DNA from: an uncultured virus (IMG/VR IMGVR_UViG_3300050015_000917)
Lineage: Duplodnaviria > Heunggongvirae > Uroviricota > Caudoviricetes
Direction: 5' to 3' (one strand)
Length of the DNA: 64,000 nt
IMG/VR virus record: IMGVR_UViG_3300050015_000917
Coordinates: 1 to 64,000 of that record
Below, one piece after another: positions 59,975 to 64,000 of this stretch (position 1 is its first letter; every line of letters starts with the position of its first letter). Below the pieces are notes generated by a model. That model was given only the letters and a program-made list of their open reading frames with translations, ran no database searches and was not told where the DNA came from. The position numbers and the translations under genes are program-made.

Positions 59975-60907
59975 TTATTTTATTTCTTTTATTGGATAAT
60001 CCATAATTTCTTTTAATTGCTGAATATATTCATTATATTGAACTTTCTTAAAGCGTTTTATATAAGCAGGATGATAAATAGTTTCTCCAAAGCCAACTTG
60101 TTCTCGAACCTCTTTCCCCAAACAAATAACTTTTCGAGGTTTAATTATTTCATATTCTTCTTTTAGTGCTTTGGCATTTAATTCTCTGTTGCCTTCACAT
60201 TTATTCCAATTTGTAAAATATGGCATTTGCTTAGTAGGATAAACCCCGGCATCAAATAAGCAATGATGAAAAAATTCTGAAGATCCAGTATTACTTGAGA
60301 ATGCACGAACAAATCCTTTACCAATTGAATAATTACTTGGCATATCCCCAATAAACATAATGCATCCTTCTTCGTAATAATTTCCTGTAGAAAGAAATTT
60401 TTGAAGTCTGACAGCTTTTTCCTGTCTCATTCGATGAATATCTTCTATGACTTTAAGTATAGTATCAATATTATTTTGCTTATAGTCATAAGTAAAAACC
60501 GGAACATAAGTATCTTCCATGACAGCATCATAGAAATGGATCATTTGATCAATTTCTTCAATTTTCACATAATCATCCCCACGAACATGGATATTTTTTA
60601 ATATGGTTTCTTTGGTAGGGCGAAGGTAGAGAATAACTGGAGCAAATGGCATTAAACCTGCTTCAATAAGATATTGATGCCAAGGTTGCATTTGATCCCT
60701 TCCTTCTTTAAATTGAGGGTATACGAGCTCGCTCGTGTAATATCTTTCAAGATAAAAAGGAGCATAATGAGCTGGGGAATGAAGATAATAACTAAGCTGA
60801 TTTTGTTTAGGATAAAATGGTTTAACCACCGGAATTTGAGAATGGGACTTAATATATTCTACCAAGAAACTTTTACCTCCTCCATCTGGTCCGTCAATGC
60901 AAATCAT
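59975..60907 (-). CDS. dNMP kinase fused to a uracil-DNA-glycosylase-like domain
   Basis: N-terminal IDGPDGGGKS and ERYYTSELVY; C-terminal MFIGDMPS, YFTN, IKPRKVICLGK and HPAY. Confidence 0.7.
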   Translation of the reverse strand: MICIDGPDGGGKSFLVEYIKSHSQIPVVKPFYPKQNQLSYYLHSPAHYAPFYLERYYTSELVYPQFKEGRDQMQPWHQYLIEAGLMPFAPVILYLRPTKETILKNIHVRGDDYVKIEEIDQMIHFYDAVMEDTYVPVFTYDYKQNNIDTILKVIEDIHRMRQEKAVRLQKFLSTGNYYEEGCIMFIGDMPSNYSIGKGFVRAFSSNTGSSEFFHHCLFDAGVYPTKQMPYFTNWNKCEGNRELNAKALKEEYEIIKPRKVICLGKEVREQVGFGETIYHPAYIKRFKKVQYNEYIQQLKEIMDYPIKEIK

Positions 60908-60980
60908 TAGATTATGTATTAAATGTTTATATGTTTTACGTATTAAATCTTAAAAAGTTTTGATTCAATAAGAAAAATAT

Positions 60981-61667
60981 TTAGGATCCTACTAATTTAT
61001 CTGTTCCTTCCCACACAAATTCCTCAACTGGTAAATGTTTATTGCAGCCACAGCAAAATGTTGCTCCATAAAATTTTGGATTTCTTGCATATGTTTCAGA
61101 AAGCGCATTTCCCATAGTCGTTGTAGTTCCACAACCGCCAAGTTTATTGCCCAATCTCCAAGCATCAAATTCTTTTTGAGTTACATAAGCTCCTCCAAGA
61201 TGTTTCCCATCAGTTCCATTTATACCTAGAATTGCTACATATTTCTTATTTTTATCTTCCGGATATTTTTCATGAAATTCTTGTTTTTCTTCTTCTGTAA
61301 GCATTTTATCTATGCCCGCATAATTGTGTATCCTACCAACATGGATATAAGAATTTCTTACAGGGCGAACAAATCCTTTTGCTCTTTCTTCTTCTGAAAG
61401 AACTAAATAAATTTCATGTTGTCCGGTTTCATTTTTTTGACCTTCTTTTAATTTAGGGTCATTATGATCAGTTGTTAAATGATTTGATTTAACTGGGATA
61501 AGTTTAGGTTTAATCGGTTCTTTATATTCAATCTTAGGATCTTCTTTATATTTAAGAAAATTTTCTGCATTTCTGCCGGAATATTCAGGATCACATTGAA
61601 TAGCTGTTGCATATCCTTCCATAAGCTCTATAAGCTCTTTTCTTGATTTTGGCAATTTTGTTGTCAT
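60981..61667 (-). CDS. Hypothetical protein with C-terminal Cys cluster
   Basis: CGTTTTMG..ETYARNPKFYGATFCCGC. Confidence 0.7.
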   Translation of the reverse strand: MTTKLPKSRKELIELMEGYATAIQCDPEYSGRNAENFLKYKEDPKIEYKEPIKPKLIPVKSNHLTTDHNDPKLKEGQKNETGQHEIYLVLSEEERAKGFVRPVRNSYIHVGRIHNYAGIDKMLTEEEKQEFHEKYPEDKNKKYVAILGINGTDGKHLGGAYVTQKEFDAWRLGNKLGGCGTTTTMGNALSETYARNPKFYGATFCCGCNKHLPVEEFVWEGTDKLVGS

Positions 61668-61945
61668 ATTATTTTATATTTTTGGGTCCATTCTGATTCA
61701 GGATATGCTTCTTTTACTAATTGAGCATATGACATATTTTTTGGAATTTTTTTCATGTATTCATATGCCCCAGAGTATTTTGTTCTTAAGTATCCTGCAT
61801 GTGTAAGATAATTTCTATAATTATCTGCGGTAGAAGCTCCCGTCCATCTTCCATTTAATTTTATGAGATCTTGTCTATAGATAAGATCCCCAATTTTTTT
61901 ACTTTGGATGTAAGTAATAACTGCTGGTAATACTATTCCTTCCAT
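61664..61945 (-). CDS. Hypothetical protein
   Basis: 93-aa ORF with ATGA overlap. Confidence 0.6.
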   Translation of the reverse strand: MEGIVLPAVITYIQSKKIGDLIYRQDLIKLNGRWTGASTADNYRNYLTHAGYLRTKYSGAYEYMKKIPKNMSYAQLVKEAYPESEWTQKYKII

Positions 61946-61951
61946 ATTAAT

Positions 61952-62164
61952 TTATTTTATTATTTCTTCTTTATCTAAAAAATAATTTAACTGATTTATG
62001 CTTTCAAGTACAGCAAATGCTGCATCTGCCATATATTTTTCAAGATTATTTGGAATCCATCCAATATTATTATCTTCTTTAGTTTCATCTTCAAGAAATT
62101 TATCCATAACCCCAATAAGATGGAACTTAAGTTCAGCTTTTTCTTTATCTGTTAATTGATTCAT
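61952..62164 (-). CDS. Hypothetical protein
   Basis: 70-aa ORF with an upstream promoter-like motif. Confidence 0.6.
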   Translation of the reverse strand: MNQLTDKEKAELKFHLIGVMDKFLEDETKEDNNIGWIPNNLEKYMADAAFAVLESINQLNYFLDKEEIIK

Positions 62165-62200
62165 AATTTATTTTAATATATTATAGATCTTTATATGACT

Positions 62201-62226
62201 AAAAAAGGGACTAGTTTTAAAGTCCC
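62201..62226 (-). terminator. Intrinsic terminator
   Basis: GGGACT/AGTCCC stem followed by T6 on the minus strand. Confidence 0.55.
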
Positions 62227-62954
62227 ATATCATATTGATCTAAATATTTTTGTTCCCAATCTAGAGCTTCTTCTGGAGTAGGATACACCGGAGGGGTACT
62301 ATTATAAGGTTCTCCTGAATTATTAAGAGCCATATAGTAACCAATTCCATCTGAACCAGATACTTTAGTAATTTTAATCAAATGATTATTATAATTAATA
62401 ATATCCCACATAACTCTATCAAAAACAGCAGGGATTTCAAATCCCCAATCTGTTTCTTGGTCCAATTTTTTAAGTTGAGCTTTTTTACCAATGCCCATTG
62501 ATGCTTTAGACTCTAATCCTCTTTCAAAATCAAGAGATTCATAAACAAATTTTGCTTGGAGTTTTTCTAAAATGAAATCATAAAATTCTTCCTTTTGCAT
62601 CGGAAGATAAAAATTCTTAGTAGGATTCATTCCAATACCCGTCCACTCTTCAATATGAACTTTATTTTCTCCTCTTTTTAATCTTTCAAGAAATTTATCT
62701 CTAACGATAGCTTTCATCTTATAAAGACTTTTGCCATTTACAGCAAGATCCCATCCATTTCGAGAATTTTCTTTTAACTCAATTCTAATCCATCCGCCAT
62801 CAAAGATTGTATCCCAAAAATCTTCATTATAATCTTCTTCATCAGGAAAAAAGTTCATAAGATATTCAAGATGATGGGTATTCGGATCCATCTTCTCAAG
62901 TTTACCCTCAGGATCAACCATATATAATTCATCTCTAAGACCAATATCACTCAT
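62217..62954 (-). CDS. Protein with an internal FERG tag and an ETxW-type cargo module
   Basis: AKFVYESLDFERGLESKASMGIG (Glu at 62540), then QETDW..DIINY..YYMA..TPEEAL. Confidence 0.75.
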   Translation of the reverse strand: MSDIGLRDELYMVDPEGKLEKMDPNTHHLEYLMNFFPDEEDYNEDFWDTIFDGGWIRIELKENSRNGWDLAVNGKSLYKMKAIVRDKFLERLKRGENKVHIEEWTGIGMNPTKNFYLPMQKEEFYDFILEKLQAKFVYESLDFERGLESKASMGIGKKAQLKKLDQETDWGFEIPAVFDRVMWDIINYNNHLIKITKVSGSDGIGYYMALNNSGEPYNSTPPVYPTPEEALDWEQKYLDQYDMGL

Positions 62955-63318
62955 TGATTGGAATAGACATTTTAATTAGCTCGAAAATTGGAATAATTCC
63001 TTTTTCCCCATATTGTTGAATTCCTTCTAAGGCTGATATAGTCATAGAATTTTCATAATCTTTTTCTCCTACTGTAAGCCAAACTCCAACACTATCAAAT
63101 TCATCTTTCGTTTTTTCTATAAGATCCTGATAGATTAATTGAGAAGCTTCTTTAAGAATTTGTAATCTATCTTTTTCGTTTGCTTCAGTTTTTTCTACAT
63201 ATGCGTTAAATTGAAAAGATCCCGACGTTTTTATAATATAATCATTCTTTCCAGTAGAAGGATCTACTTCCCCTCGAGTTTCCATAAGAGAAATTTTTAT
63301 TTGTTTAATGTCTGTCAT
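62947..63318 (-). CDS. Hypothetical protein
   Basis: 123-aa ORF in the operon. Confidence 0.65.
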   Translation of the reverse strand: MTDIKQIKISLMETRGEVDPSTGKNDYIIKTSGSFQFNAYVEKTEANEKDRLQILKEASQLIYQDLIEKTKDEFDSVGVWLTVGEKDYENSMTISALEGIQQYGEKGIIPIFELIKMSIPINE

Positions 63319-63327
63319 ATTAAGAAT

Positions 63328-64000
63328 TTATTGTTGTCCTATACCTTGAATGGGTATCCCCGATACCGCTGGATTCTGAGTTGCATTTGGTTGTCCAAAA
63401 GCCATTTTAGTTGCATTTGCATCTATATCAGTAGAATTTGGTTGTACTGCACTTTCATTCTCAGGTTTTGGAGCTGGTTCAAGTCCTTGATTAGCACCTG
63501 GTATTTCAGCAACTGTATTAAAGTTTGTTCTTTCTGCCCAATAATCAGATCCGTAGTTAATAGTAAGTTCTTGGTGCATACTAATAGGACGATTTGTTAT
63601 AAAATACATTTGTCGACTTTTTGGATTATAAGCATAATCTAAATTAGGTTTATCCGAATGCCTATAAAGAGAGCCATATCCTAAAACAAGACCCCATTGA
63701 CCCTTATTTTTATCAAGTTCAAAAATAAGATCCTTAACTTTTTCAATGGTTTTAGCAATTTCCCCAACAAGAACTACCGGGCAAATTTCTACAACTTCCC
63801 CTTTGGCAAATTGAGTTTTTCCCATAATAGTATAATCCCCACCGGGACGTTTAGAATATTCTACTCTTCCCAGATTAAAAGATTCCTTTTTAAGTTTAAA
63901 AAATCCCCCAAAATCTTTTACCTGTTGGGGTTCTTTTTTCTTAAATTTATCTTCTTCATCAAATGGATTGTAAAAATCCTCATTAAGTTTTTTTTCAAAC
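63328..64000 (-). CDS. SET-domain protein, 5'-truncated by the window edge
   Basis: KGEVVEICP, GYGSLYRHSDKPN and ELTINYG. The frame stays open upstream of 63825 to the window end (FEKKLNEDFYNPF...). Confidence 0.8.
   Translation of the reverse strand, partial: FEKKLNEDFYNPFDEEDKFKKKEPQQVKDFGGFFKLKKESFNLGRVEYSKRPGGDYTIMGKTQFAKGEVVEICPVVLVGEIAKTIEKVKDLIFELDKNKGQWGLVLGYGSLYRHSDKPNLDYAYNPKSRQMYFITNRPISMHQELTINYGSDYWAERTNFNTVAEIPGANQGLEPAPKPENESAVQPNSTDIDANATKMAFGQPNATQNPAVSGIPIQGIGQQ

Noticed and set aside
14479..62954. FERG-tag DNA as a CRISPR array, MITE or other nucleotide-level repeat
   Set aside because: Copies are always in frame, vary at synonymous positions, are irregularly spaced, and show no terminal inverted repeats, target duplications or cas genes.
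8396..63642. Short antisense or alternate-frame ORFs in the track (e.g. 8396, 9846, 10746, 11240, 12589, 17912, 28938, 38398, 52828, 53337, 63211)
   Set aside because: They overlap well-supported longer genes and lack recognisable motifs; treated as shadow ORFs.
1..64000. Stop-codon reassignment as seen in some large phages
   Set aside because: Genes are long and tile the window under the standard code. TAG (e.g. 24537, 33175) and TGA end genes at sensible boundaries.

Overview
This AT-rich, gene-dense 64 kb window reads as part of a very large (jumbo) T4-like myophage genome using the standard genetic code; a Bacteroidota host is suggested but not proven. From left to right it carries: tail/fibre genes with LRR, ATNAS-repeat and beta-propeller proteins (1-10.2 kb, minus strand); a ribosomal protein S1 homologue, a degenerate amidoligase-like gene, a gp13-like neck gene and a GIY-YIG endonuclease; a block of putative internal head proteins with a VWA/AAA+ pair (14.5-25 kb); a lysozyme and baseplate genes (gp25-, gp6-, gp5-, gp53- and hub-like); small non-structural genes and a structured ncRNA candidate (~53.5-53.7 kb); and a nucleotide/DNA-modification cluster (AsnB-like, methyltransferase, dCMP-type thymidylate-synthase homologue, kinase-UDG fusion). 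The most striking feature is a ~20-aa peptide tag, [VILM]xE-SLNFERGxDPKxAMxIG, which I count 24 times in 14 ORFs. It heads unrelated cargo domains and separates the modules of apparent polyproteins, consistent with a capsid-targeting and protease-processing system for delivering shuffled effector modules. All product calls come from motif recognition by eye; no database searches were run.
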